Origin: a virus | Taxonomy: Duplodnaviria; Caudoviricetes | Virus record (IMG/VR): IMGVR_UViG_3300049893_002571 | Coordinates: 1-36,916 of that record | Length of the DNA stretch: 36,916 nt | Direction: 5' to 3' (one strand) | Shown here: one piece after another, positions 1 through 9,843 of the stretch | How positions within the stretch are numbered: the stretch's first letter is position 1 | Layout: each line of letters begins with the position of its first letter | Notes under the pieces: model-generated | The model's input: the letters and a program-made list of their open reading frames with translations, nothing else | Database searches by the model: none | What the model was told of the DNA's origin: nothing | Translations under genes and position numbers: made by a program

Positions 1-441
1 AGCCGCGATCAAGCTCTTGAGAGTTTGGCTGGTCAAGTAGACAAGATGATTCCGGATCTGGCTGCTGCGACGGGTAACCCAACCTCAAACTATCAGGCTG
101 CTCCTAACAACGTCGATATCAAGACGTTTGGAGACAATGTTGGTAGATTACAGAGATATCGACTGGTAACTGCTGCTACGACAGCTGTTGGACCAGTCGA
201 TCTCATTCTTGCAAATACATCTGGCGGCGCATGGACACTCACTCTTCCTGCGTCACCAAACGTTGGTGATAGGGTGTTAGTGGCTGATGCTGCTGGAACA
301 TTTGCTACATTTAATTTGACAATCGGCAGAAACGGAAATAACATCCTGAGTAACGCTGGTAACTACATTCTAAACGTAAACAATGCTTGGGTTGAGCTGG
401 TATACGCCAGCGCTTCTCGTGGCTGGATTGTGAGGGCATAA
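1..441 (+). CDS. Tail-fibre/virion protein, C-terminal part (5' truncated by the window edge)
   Basis: Frame is open from base 1. The C-terminal domain NTSGGAWTLTLPASPNVGDRVLVADAAGTFATFNLTIGRNG...VELVYASASRGW is a recurrent phage tail-fibre module. Stop overlaps the next ATG. Confidence 0.7.
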   Translation, partial: SRDQALESLAGQVDKMIPDLAAATGNPTSNYQAAPNNVDIKTFGDNVGRLQRYRLVTAATTAVGPVDLILANTSGGAWTLTLPASPNVGDRVLVADAAGTFATFNLTIGRNGNNILSNAGNYILNVNNAWVELVYASASRGWIVRA

Positions 442-1004
442 TGGCAGATATTCTACACAGTGTACAGTCTGGGCAGAATATTAATGATTCTGCGCAAACA
501 TTCGCCGGTGCCAAAACATTTAGTGGTGCCCTAACACCAAGCAGTGGAATTGTAGGTAGGACCGACGGGGGCGCGGTTGCTGCTGGATCTATTGGTGAGG
601 TTAAAACGGTACTTGGTAGTGAGTTTGCTGTTACTAACAACACAACTGTAACATTGGCTTCTTTAACTCTAACACCGGGTGTGTGGCGTGTAGATTACTA
701 TTGTTGGACAATCAATGGTGTTCCCACTAATGCTGCCTGTCGTTTTATAGCAAATATCAAATACGGAGATAGCACGTTTGCACCTACAACTGCGACAAAC
801 TCGGATAGCGCAGGTGTAATTATGATCATGCCAGATCCTATTAATGGAAGTTTTAGTAGTGGTGCAGCCAACTCATTACCAGGAGGCGCTGTTGTGGCAT
901 CGGGCGACGTAGATAAGAATGTCTACGTCCGAGGTGGATTAGACACGCGAACAACGGGTACTGGTGCTTTTAGAGCTAAGATCGTTGCAACTAGAATCGC
1001 TTAA
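441..1004 (+). CDS. Short tail-fibre/adhesin-like protein
   Basis: QTFAGAKTFSG fibre motif, GRTDGGAVAAGSIGE, and a beta-rich C-terminal head (LASLTLTPGVW...ATRIA); lies in the fibre cluster. Confidence 0.65.
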   Translation: MADILHSVQSGQNINDSAQTFAGAKTFSGALTPSSGIVGRTDGGAVAAGSIGEVKTVLGSEFAVTNNTTVTLASLTLTPGVWRVDYYCWTINGVPTNAACRFIANIKYGDSTFAPTTATNSDSAGVIMIMPDPINGSFSSGAANSLPGGAVVASGDVDKNVYVRGGLDTRTTGTGAFRAKIVATRIA

Positions 1005-1020
1005 AGAATAAGAGAGAAAT

Positions 1021-2205
1021 ATGGGCACTGAATTAGTAAGAAAACCAGCATCAGCAAGTAACGGCGGCGAACTCGATAGTAGCACTACACAGGTTATCCC
1101 TGGCGCTAAGACGTTCACCTCGCCACTTACTGGTTTCGTATCTGGTAATGATTATAGAAACCTAATAATCAACGGTAACTTCGATTTCTGGCAAAGAGGT
1201 ACTTCTTTTGCTAAAAACTTATATACAGCAGATAGATTCTTTACGAGTGTACAAGCTGCTTACACAACAACAATAACACGCTCTACAGATGTTCCAACAG
1301 TAGCACAATCTAAGTTTAATAGTCAATATAGTTGGCTTATCACAAACGGAACTTCACCTGGTGCACAAGGTGCTAGTGGATATGTGCAAATAGGATACAA
1401 ACTTGAGGGATATGACTATCAAGCTTTACACGGGAATACTGGAAGACTACAATTCTGGTGTAAGAGTAGTGTAGCGGGAACATATAGTATTTGTTTAATT
1501 AATAGTGCTACAAGTCGTAGCTATGTTTCAACTTTCACAATAGGTGCTGCAAACACTTGGGAAAAGAAAACTATAGATATCACTTTTGATAATACCGGTA
1601 CCTGGGTTTTTGATAACGGTATTGGATTATATATATATATAAACTTGTGTGCAGGAACCAGTCTTCAGACATCTACACTCAATACTTGGGTAAATGGCGC
1701 TGCTGGACAAGCCGTAAATACTCAAACTGACTGGGGTGCAACTACTGGAGCTACTTTCCAACTCGCACAAGTGGCTCTAATTCCTGGAAATTTCAATTCT
1801 GCTATAGATATATCCCATGCACGAGCTGGACGCACTATCGGTGATGAGCTGAGAATGTGCCAGAGATACTACAACAAGATGTTGGGAGCAGACGGCAATG
1901 GGAACTTTGCATCATATGTATCTGCCATAACAGCTTCCACAAGTACATTCACGATTTGGATTAATTTTCCAACCCCCATGAGAGCCATAGCGCCCACTCC
2001 TACTTTCAGCGGCACCAATAGATTTATGTATGGCAATACGTCGGTGGCGCTTACTGGTATTACTGCTAGCAATCAGCAATTTGGTATTCATGGTGGCTAT
2101 GGAGTATATAATACCTCAGCAACCCTGCCAGCAGCTGGAACAGCAGGAGCTGTTGGTGCTTCGGCCGATGTAAGTGCCTATCTAGCATTCGATGCAGAGC
2201 TATAA
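1021..2205 (+). CDS. Tail-fibre/receptor-binding protein with carbohydrate-binding-like domain
   Basis: GAKTFT motif, RNLIINGNFDFWQRGTSF, ELRMCQRYY and C-terminal FDAEL, all typical of this phage fibre family. Confidence 0.75.
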   Translation: MGTELVRKPASASNGGELDSSTTQVIPGAKTFTSPLTGFVSGNDYRNLIINGNFDFWQRGTSFAKNLYTADRFFTSVQAAYTTTITRSTDVPTVAQSKFNSQYSWLITNGTSPGAQGASGYVQIGYKLEGYDYQALHGNTGRLQFWCKSSVAGTYSICLINSATSRSYVSTFTIGAANTWEKKTIDITFDNTGTWVFDNGIGLYIYINLCAGTSLQTSTLNTWVNGAAGQAVNTQTDWGATTGATFQLAQVALIPGNFNSAIDISHARAGRTIGDELRMCQRYYNKMLGADGNGNFASYVSAITASTSTFTIWINFPTPMRAIAPTPTFSGTNRFMYGNTSVALTGITASNQQFGIHGGYGVYNTSATLPAAGTAGAVGASADVSAYLAFDAEL

Positions 2206-2283
2206 CAGTTTAGCTTTAGACAATGTATTCAAATAGACTGACGAAGAATAAGGTAGAATAAGTAAGAACTATAGGATATAAGA

Positions 2284-2946
2284 ATGACGACTGCACCCAA
2301 CAATACAATACTTATATACAGGGCGACTTCGCCTTCTGGTAAGTCATATGTTGGTATCACATCTACTTCCTTACACAGGCGCCAGTTAGCTCATAAGAGA
2401 TATGCGCTTGAAGTGAATAAGAATTTCACTTTCTATCATGCTATTAGAAAATACGGTTGGGATAATATGACCTGGGAAGTGCTTGAGAAAGCAGATAGTT
2501 GGGAAAAAGCGCAAGAGCTAGAGATGTTTTATATAGCAAAATTTGATACATATAAGAATGGCTACAATATGACCCTAGGCGGTGATGGTCATCTCGGCTT
2601 TAAGCAGTCTATCGAGACCATTGAGAAGCGTGCATTAGGAAATAGTAGGGCTCTTAAAGGTAAGAAACTATCTCCTGAGCATGTAGAGGCTATTCGTAAA
2701 GTACGATTTGGGAATACCAACAAGCGTGGCACCAAACTGAGCGATGAGCAAAAGAAGAGAATTAGCGAAGTTCAGAGACATAAGATGAAACCTGTAGTTT
2801 GTTTAGAAACTAAGCAAGAATTTGAGTCTATTAATGCTGCGGCAAAAGCTATGAATTTGCACAAAAGCGGTGTAATGAGATGTGTGAATAAAAAGGGGCA
2901 AACCACAACTGGTGGTTTTACCTTTGTATATAAGGGGGTCCAATAA
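2284..2946 (+). mobile_element. Free-standing GIY-YIG homing endonuclease with NUMOD3 repeats and NUMOD1/IENR1-like HTH
   Basis: LIYRATSPSGKSYVG, conserved R, E (LEMFYI) and GYN; three NUMOD3-like repeats (GFKQSIETIEKR, GKKLSPEHVEAIR, GTKLSDEQKKRISE); C-terminal PVVCLETKQEFESINAAAKAM. Confidence 0.9.
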
Positions 2947-5291
2947 TGACTACCGCACCGCGTATAGATTCGCTGGAGCTTAATCAATCAGGTCTCTCTG
3001 TCTCGCTGCAGACTCCTGTAGTCAACCTTACTTATAGAACTGCAACAACAACTACTGGAACACCAGCTTCTGGACTGTTCTACAGCAGCATTGTGGGTCG
3101 CGGCAAGATGGTTGACTTGAGCAATGACCTTCTTCCTCGGATGGGGGTTGAGCGGATTATGGTTCAGCAGGTTATAAAAGTTGATGGCGAAATTGGACCT
3201 AACGGTGAAGTTGTTTATAAGCCCGCTAATGATAAATTTGACCAGATTAGGTTTGTGGGACCGTGGGCCTCAGACAATGCCGCCAACGGACAACGCATAT
3301 ATGATAATGGGAATGCTGCTGGTCAATATATCGAAGTCACCTTCTATGGAACTGGTCTTAATTTATTAACGTATTTTAATGGTACAGCTCCAGGAACAGT
3401 TCAAGCTACGATAGATGGCACACTTGTTAATTCTAATGTTTTTAGTATTACTGGAAGTGGAATTTTAACTTCGCGAAATTATTCACAAAATACAGTAATT
3501 GCTGTTGCCTCAGGTCTCACTTTAGGAGTCCATACGGCTCAAATTAAAACAACTGTATTTAGCGGGTCTTTAGGCCTAACTATTTATGGATTTGAAATCC
3601 TAAACGAATCTACCACTATAAAAGTTCCTACTGGAACCTCATCTATAAATGGTAAGCTTCTTACCAATTCATCGCTACAATCCCTAGCTTATAACTCTGG
3701 ATTTGATTCTGGTACACTTGGTACTCGTGGCGGTCGTGTTGTTGTTTATCAAAAGACTGACGGAACGATTGGTAAATCCGTTACTCCAACAAACACCTCT
3801 GCAGCATATCTCACCAGCACAGATCACACCAACGAAGAAGTGATTCGCACTTATAATTTTAGAGAGTTCGGTGCTGGACGAAGTGATGATTTCAGTTCTC
3901 TAACGGGAACAGCATCTCAAAGAGCCTTTACTCTAGATGACGGGACAACCACTCTAGTCTGTGATTCAAATGTTAATGTGAATACAACCATTACACAAGC
4001 ATTATCGATGAATGCTGTAGGTTCGTTTATCACCATTACTTTTGTAGGAACGGGCATAGATATCATAGCGGGTTCAAGTACGACTACGATAGATGCGCAC
4101 TCATTCACGATAGATGGCGTAAACCAAGGAAGCATTAGCACTCTTATAAGTGCTAGCACTATGAACACTATAAAAGTTGCTTCTGGTCTTCCTTATGGGA
4201 CGCATACATTAAAAATAGCTAGAACAGTTGTATCGGTTAATAACATACAAATTAGTTCTTTTATAACTTACGGCCCTAAAAAGCCCACACTTCCTTCAGG
4301 TGCAGTAGAGCTAGCTGACTACAATATTATGGCCGATTATTCTGTTGCAGGCTCTTCGACGGTCGGATATGTCTCTCAAGGTGTTTTAAGAAAAACAGGG
4401 ATGAGAGAGTCTGTGTATTCGGGAACACTTTCAACGAATATTGATATAGCAAACTTTAATTCAGGTTGGGATATACATACCACTGCTTCTAGTTCTTATT
4501 ATGAATATACTTTTTTTGGAACTGGGTGCGATCTTCATGGGTATGCCAACAACACATTAGTTCATAATCAAACTTATACCATGGATGGACTAGCCCTAAA
4601 TACAGGCTCAAATACGGGTTCGACTATCTCACTTATTGCTACCACACCAACTGGTTTAAGTCTAAGTGCGGCCGGTGTTCTCACCGGAACAGCAACAGGT
4701 AGTGGTCCTATTTTCGTTAGAATATCTGGCTTGACCCTTGGAAAGCACACAGTAAGAGTTACTGCCAACAGTACAACTCCTATATACAATGCTAGCATCG
4801 ACATTATCACACCTATCCATGTTCACAAAAACAATGGTCCTTTTGTAGTACAAAATACTCTAGCAGTAGGTAGTACTGGAATAAATGACGGAAGAACACT
4901 TCCAAGCACTATCCTGGCTCAAAAGCAGTCTGCACAAGCTGTTGGGATTACAAATAACCCTAGCACTACATCCACATCACTTATTCCTGTTCTAGATATG
5001 GAGTGTGCAATTAAAACAACGGGCAACCCTATTCAAATAAGTTATTCTTTAAGTAACTCACAATCAGCAGTAACCGCTGCAAACAGGTTTCAGCTATATG
5101 TTGATGGTGTTGCAGTTGGAACTGTTAAGAGCTGGGATCAACCTGGGGGCAGCGGTAATGAGGTTGTCTCTGACAACCTGATTGTTCCGGTAGCAGCAGG
5201 TACTCACGTTGTTCAATTGTTTTGGTTGGTTTCATCTAACACAGGTACTTTGCAGAACACTTGGCGTAATTTAAATGTAAGGGAGATTTAA
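2946..5291 (+). CDS. Large tail-fibre/receptor-binding protein, paralogue A
   Basis: 781 aa, rich in T/S/G. Three repeated beta modules (TF[YVF]GTG...DG...SGL[TP][LY]G.HT) plus a C-terminal jelly-roll-like domain; followed by a fibre chaperone. Confidence 0.75.
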   Translation: MTTAPRIDSLELNQSGLSVSLQTPVVNLTYRTATTTTGTPASGLFYSSIVGRGKMVDLSNDLLPRMGVERIMVQQVIKVDGEIGPNGEVVYKPANDKFDQIRFVGPWASDNAANGQRIYDNGNAAGQYIEVTFYGTGLNLLTYFNGTAPGTVQATIDGTLVNSNVFSITGSGILTSRNYSQNTVIAVASGLTLGVHTAQIKTTVFSGSLGLTIYGFEILNESTTIKVPTGTSSINGKLLTNSSLQSLAYNSGFDSGTLGTRGGRVVVYQKTDGTIGKSVTPTNTSAAYLTSTDHTNEEVIRTYNFREFGAGRSDDFSSLTGTASQRAFTLDDGTTTLVCDSNVNVNTTITQALSMNAVGSFITITFVGTGIDIIAGSSTTTIDAHSFTIDGVNQGSISTLISASTMNTIKVASGLPYGTHTLKIARTVVSVNNIQISSFITYGPKKPTLPSGAVELADYNIMADYSVAGSSTVGYVSQGVLRKTGMRESVYSGTLSTNIDIANFNSGWDIHTTASSSYYEYTFFGTGCDLHGYANNTLVHNQTYTMDGLALNTGSNTGSTISLIATTPTGLSLSAAGVLTGTATGSGPIFVRISGLTLGKHTVRVTANSTTPIYNASIDIITPIHVHKNNGPFVVQNTLAVGSTGINDGRTLPSTILAQKQSAQAVGITNNPSTTSTSLIPVLDMECAIKTTGNPIQISYSLSNSQSAVTAANRFQLYVDGVAVGTVKSWDQPGGSGNEVVSDNLIVPVAAGTHVVQLFWLVSSNTGTLQNTWRNLNVREI

Positions 5292-7614
5292 TATATGGCT
5301 ATGCACTGGGTAGTAAATTCAGAAAAACTTATGATTGCCTGCTTCGATGACGCAGGTAAAGCTAGTTGCTCCATCGGACCAGATCAAATGTGGCTTGAAT
5401 GCCCAGAAGGTGTAGCAGCTGGCAATTGCAAGGTTGCAGGTGAATGGCCTGAACTTTCTCTAGTAGACGGATCTGCTGACAAAGCTGGTCCAAAATGGGA
5501 TGCAATGCGCGCTGAGCGAGATGCTCGTTTAGCAAAATGTGACTGGACTCAAGGAAGCGACAGTCCACTTGAAGCGCAGAAAAAAGCTGATTGGGCAGAC
5601 CACCGTCAAGCTCTACGTGATCTACCTGCAAATACAGAAGATCCAGAGCAAGTTGTTTGGCCAGTAGCACCGTAATTAAGAGGAATTAAATGAGCAAGAC
5701 TCCTGTACAAATTCAAGATTTACAGCTTGGCGAAGCGCTGCAGCAGTCTTTTGTCAACCTGACTTATAGAACAGCAACCACTACAACTGGAACACCTGCT
5801 TCTGGTGTATTCTATAGCAGTATTGTGGGTCGCGGCAAGATGGTTGATCTATCTAATGACCTTCTTCCTCGTATGGGTGTTGAGCGGATAATGACGCAAC
5901 AAATTGCGCAAGTCACTGGTGAACAGGGTCCTAATGGTGAGGCTATCTGGAAACCTGTTAATGATAAGTATGATCAAGTTAGACTTGTTGGTGGAAGTTG
6001 GACCAATTTTAATAATTCATATGGCCAAAGAGCGATGGCCACCACAACTAGTGATTATATTGAAATAACGTTTTACGGTACAGGATTAAACCTGCTTGCA
6101 CCCCTTACCATTAATACGACGACTGCTACCTATAGCATAAACGGTGGATCAGCGACAAGCTTTTGGCCAACTGGAACGGCCAATCCATTAGGGGGAAGAA
6201 ACTATGCTGCCAATATTGTGGTTCCAGTAGTTTCAGGACTAGCATTAGGTATATATACGTTAAAAATAATATTGATTGCCGGCGCCGAATTGCATTTACC
6301 CGGCTTTGAAATCCTAAACGAATCCACCTCTGTAAAAACTTCTGCAGGTTCTGCATTTGTAAATGGTCAAAAGAAAACACTCTCTGCATTAGATAGTAGC
6401 TCTTATAACTCAAGTTTTACGAATACGTATGGTACAGCTGGCACCCGCGGCGGACGAGTTCTTGTCTACATGAAGTCTGATGGAACTATCGCCAAAGATG
6501 TTCAATATGTAAATACTGCGTCAGCGTATCTCTCTTCTGCTGACCACACCAATGAAGAAGTAATTCGCACTTACACATATCGCGAATTTGCGGCAGGTAG
6601 AAGCGATGACTTTAGTGGCGTGATGTCTGCAGCTAGTAAGGCATTTACGCTTGATGACGGGACAACAACCTTATCAGGGGTTTCAATTGATTCTAGTCTA
6701 ATTACTGGTGCTGATGCTTTACGACTTGGTACTGGAAGTGGATTTTTTATTCTTACGTTTGTTGGGACAGGAATAGACGTGTTGACGGCAGAAGATCCGG
6801 CAACTACGACCCGAGATACTTTAGCTCTTACAGTCGATGGGGTTTCTCAAGGAAATCTTTCTTCAACAGTCAGCACGACTTTTCGTATAGAAAAGATTGT
6901 ATCCGGACTTCCATATGGAACGCATACGGTGAAAGTTCTTCTTAATACAGCAGGTAATGGTAGGACCAATTTTGGTCGTTTTATTGTCTACGGTCCTAAG
7001 AAGCCAGCACTTCCATCAGGGGCTATTGAGCTTGCTGACTATAATATTGTTGCTGACTATTCTTTAAACAGTAGCACGGCTCAATTTTTGGGAAAATCCG
7101 CAGGCACTATTTTTAAATCGGCTGTGAGAGAAGCAGTATATGTTGGTACATGGGGAATTGGTACATCTTTGTCGGCGGCTAACGCGGCCGGTTGGTATGT
7201 TGGATCAGGCACCCTAAATGACACTGTATCATATACTTTTTTAGGCACTGGTTTCGAATGGGATACGAGCGCAAACTCTGGATCACCGACTTGGCTAATC
7301 CAGATAGCATCTGGTGGCGGAGCTTTAACAAACCTAGGAACCACGGGTACTCAGAATGTTGCCTCAGGTTCATACAACTCAGGTACATCTACTCTTACAA
7401 ACACATCTGCAGGATACACAAGGTTTTCTGTTTCAGGTTTAGCCTTTGGCTTATATACGGTACAGTTTAAACTAAGCGCAATTGGTGGTGGTAACTGCGA
7501 CAACTGGGGATTCTCTGTAATTACGCCAATCCATGTCCATAAGAGTAATGGTCCTTTCGTAGTACAAAATACTCTAGCTGTTGGAAGTACTGGAATAAAT
7601 GACGGAAGAACACT
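4872..7614 (+). repeat. Exact 29-bp direct repeat between the fibre paralogues (4872-4900 and 7586-7614), one of several identical blocks
   Basis: AGTACTGGAATAAATGACGGAAGAACACT occurs in both genes; CAGTCTGCACAAGCTGTTGGGATTACA and GTAGTACAAAATACTCTAGC are also shared. Confidence 0.9.
5295..5675 (+). CDS. Phage tail-fibre assembly chaperone
   Basis: C-terminal MRAERDARLAKCDWTQGSDSPL...WADHRQALRDLP...VVWPVAP signature. Confidence 0.85.
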   Translation: MAMHWVVNSEKLMIACFDDAGKASCSIGPDQMWLECPEGVAAGNCKVAGEWPELSLVDGSADKAGPKWDAMRAERDARLAKCDWTQGSDSPLEAQKKADWADHRQALRDLPANTEDPEQVVWPVAP

Positions 7615-8011
7615 ATCCAGTGTTATCCCTGTTCAAAAACAGTCTGCACAAGCTGTTGGGATTACATCTGGTCCAACAACTACCAGCACAAGCTATGTAC
7701 CTGTTACAGATATGAGCGCAACAATAAAGACCACAGGCAACCCTATTGAGATCTCTACGGCTATAACCTGTATAAATGGATCAATCAATCAAGATATATA
7801 TACACAGATCTATGTTGACGGTAATCCAATAGCTGTCGAAACAATAGTGGGTAATACTCCTTCAACCATCAACCAAAACTTTACCGCTAATGATACAGCA
7901 ATAGTGCCGGTAACTGCTGGCTGGCATAAAATAGATGTGTTTACAAGAGTTAGCTCAGGAACTGTGACTCTTATGGGAGTCAGAAGAGTCTTAAAAGTAA
8001 GGGAGATTTAA
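5690..8011 (+). CDS. Large tail-fibre/receptor-binding protein, paralogue B
   Basis: 773 aa, colinear with 2946..5291; shares VNLTYRTATTTTGTPASG...LLPRMGVERIM, NGPFVVQNTLAVGSTGINDGRTL and the VREI terminus; RBS GAGG. Confidence 0.75.
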   Translation: MSKTPVQIQDLQLGEALQQSFVNLTYRTATTTTGTPASGVFYSSIVGRGKMVDLSNDLLPRMGVERIMTQQIAQVTGEQGPNGEAIWKPVNDKYDQVRLVGGSWTNFNNSYGQRAMATTTSDYIEITFYGTGLNLLAPLTINTTTATYSINGGSATSFWPTGTANPLGGRNYAANIVVPVVSGLALGIYTLKIILIAGAELHLPGFEILNESTSVKTSAGSAFVNGQKKTLSALDSSSYNSSFTNTYGTAGTRGGRVLVYMKSDGTIAKDVQYVNTASAYLSSADHTNEEVIRTYTYREFAAGRSDDFSGVMSAASKAFTLDDGTTTLSGVSIDSSLITGADALRLGTGSGFFILTFVGTGIDVLTAEDPATTTRDTLALTVDGVSQGNLSSTVSTTFRIEKIVSGLPYGTHTVKVLLNTAGNGRTNFGRFIVYGPKKPALPSGAIELADYNIVADYSLNSSTAQFLGKSAGTIFKSAVREAVYVGTWGIGTSLSAANAAGWYVGSGTLNDTVSYTFLGTGFEWDTSANSGSPTWLIQIASGGGALTNLGTTGTQNVASGSYNSGTSTLTNTSAGYTRFSVSGLAFGLYTVQFKLSAIGGGNCDNWGFSVITPIHVHKSNGPFVVQNTLAVGSTGINDGRTLSSVIPVQKQSAQAVGITSGPTTTSTSYVPVTDMSATIKTTGNPIEISTAITCINGSINQDIYTQIYVDGNPIAVETIVGNTPSTINQNFTANDTAIVPVTAGWHKIDVFTRVSSGTVTLMGVRRVLKVREI

Positions 8012-8020
8012 TCTCTTTAA

Positions 8021-8425
8021 TTAACTAAAATAACCCTCTAAGAAGAGATGGCCGATATCGACCGTCTCTTCCTTTACTCTTCCAGTCTTACCAACAAAAT
8101 GATCACTCCAAGTGATCACAACATGATCCACCTGAAGTTCATTCCATTTATCATCTAGATCTTCATCTTTATTCCAGGCGATCTTCACATGTGCGGTAGG
8201 GTCGAGTCTACATACGCCGGCATTCAATTTACGCGCAGCCTCATTTAGACAACCGTCGAAATCTATAAATGACTTAGATTCTTTTGTTGCTTTATCCATG
8301 TCTTTAACGAAGTCAACAACAGTATTATAGACGTCTTCTTGACGCACAATTCGACGTCGAGCATTGCGAATCTTGTCTCGCTTTGCCTGTATCATCTTGA
8401 GTACTTCATTGCGTGCATCAGACAC
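8021..8425 (-). CDS. Hypothetical protein, last gene of the primase-helicase operon
   Basis: 134-aa ORF whose start overlaps the primase stop by 8 nt; AGGAG lies upstream. Confidence 0.7.
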   Translation of the reverse strand: MSDARNEVLKMIQAKRDKIRNARRRIVRQEDVYNTVVDFVKDMDKATKESKSFIDFDGCLNEAARKLNAGVCRLDPTAHVKIAWNKDEDLDDKWNELQVDHVVITWSDHFVGKTGRVKEETVDIGHLFLEGYFS

Positions 8426-9308
8426 CTTTAACTCTCCTTAAAAACCACTTAGCCAAATTTTCCTTACCCTCTAATTTCAAAACATCATTCCAGTCTAGTT
8501 CATCATCTTCTGTTAGGGCATAGTGCGTGATTACGTCTGCAGTCTTAAGTTTTGCAAGCATTTTCATACCTGCCTCATCAGAATCTGGTGCCGCAATTAT
8601 ACGAAATCCCTGATCTTTTAGGTCTTTTAGTATCTCTAGATGGTGTTGAGATACACCAGATCCAGATAGAGCAATTGCCTTAAATGGATTGGTGAGTATT
8701 CCGCCATACATCGAGTTGAATGCCTGCTGTAAGCTAAGGGCATTGAACGCACCCTCGCAAACAATCACAGCCTTAATGTTTGTGCGGAAAGGGACCTGAT
8801 TGTAGTTGAATACTAGAAGTCCTAGACGTGTCCCAGGAATAGTATCAACTTTACGCTCGTCGCCATTCTCGTCGATCCACGGCTCAATCATTCGAACTTG
8901 TGCGCCGCAGAATATGCTGTCATAGTAGTAGGGAAAAACAATGCCCTCTCGCTGGGTATCGTAATACATGCCTTCATCAGGCTCTATGCCGCGCGACCTG
9001 ATGTACTCAATACCCTTTTGTGCACGAGGGTCGTAGAGGGGTATGAAGTTCTTTGGCCATGCCATCTTTTGAACTTCATTAGGTTTGCTTTCTTCGAACT
9101 CAAAATCTTGTTTTAGGAATTCGGTTAGAGACAATCCTGCCCGGGCACAGTACTCGTAGATTGAGTATCCGCGCTTACATTTGCCAACACAGTAAACCCA
9201 GATGTTTCCAACCTCATCATCGGACTGGTGCCAATGCAAACACGCGTTTTTGCGACCACCTTTACATATTAAACAGTGCTTAGTAGAAATAGCTAAATCT
9301 TCATGCAT
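8418..9308 (-). CDS. DNA primase (Zn-binding domain plus TOPRIM)
   Basis: N-terminal CLIC...CVGKC; TOPRIM motifs VCEGAFNA, APDSDEAG and DWND; downstream of a DnaB-like helicase. Confidence 0.85.
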   Translation of the reverse strand: MHEDLAISTKHCLICKGGRKNACLHWHQSDDEVGNIWVYCVGKCKRGYSIYEYCARAGLSLTEFLKQDFEFEESKPNEVQKMAWPKNFIPLYDPRAQKGIEYIRSRGIEPDEGMYYDTQREGIVFPYYYDSIFCGAQVRMIEPWIDENGDERKVDTIPGTRLGLLVFNYNQVPFRTNIKAVIVCEGAFNALSLQQAFNSMYGGILTNPFKAIALSGSGVSQHHLEILKDLKDQGFRIIAAPDSDEAGMKMLAKLKTADVITHYALTEDDELDWNDVLKLEGKENLAKWFLRRVKGV

Positions 9309-9843
9309 ATTTGCACCACTTTCTTAAGTTATCTGCTTCCCATAAAGGTTGCAGATTGCTAAAGTGATTTGCCTGCTTAAACTGCTCAGGATCTAATAGA
9401 TCGAACAAAGCGAGTGGTTTAATATGATCTATCTGCCAACCATTTTTCCCATAGTTTTCCCAGGTCATGCCTTCTTGAAATTTAGATTCTATATATTGAC
9501 GTAACTCAATATCATTACAGCCAATACTCTCTGTGAGTGAACGACTTTTTCCGCCCTTCATCACCGAATTAATGCGTGCGCGCATATGTCCTTTTATGCG
9601 AAAAATTGGATCATTTTTGCGACGTTCTCGCCAATAAACAACATCTTTATGTTGCCTACTTTTTCTATAATCAGAACAATGCTCTTTATTATTGTTTCTC
9701 CAATCTATTATTCTTTTACGAACTTTTTCTGGATTAGCTTTCTTATAGGCATTATGGTTGCAGTTTTTACTGCAGTACTTTGCCTTGCTAGATTTAAATA
9801 CAAACTCTATTCCACAAACAACACAGATCTTAGTATTACTCAT
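9301..9843 (-). mobile_element. Free-standing HNH homing endonuclease
   Basis: N-terminal CVVC...YCSKNC; GMTWENYG, WQIDHIKPL, NHFSNLQPLWEADNLRK; inserted between helicase and primase. Confidence 0.88.

Noticed and set aside
2206-2946. Group I intron around the GIY-YIG gene
   Set aside because: Only 78 bp lie upstream and none downstream (the stop overlaps the next ATG); no P7-like core seen; flanking genes are complete.
2946-8011. Diversity-generating retroelement TR/VR pair or invertible fibre cassette
   Set aside because: Differences between the repeats are mostly synonymous and not adenine-specific; both copies are full genes in direct orientation; no reverse transcriptase or invertase in the window.
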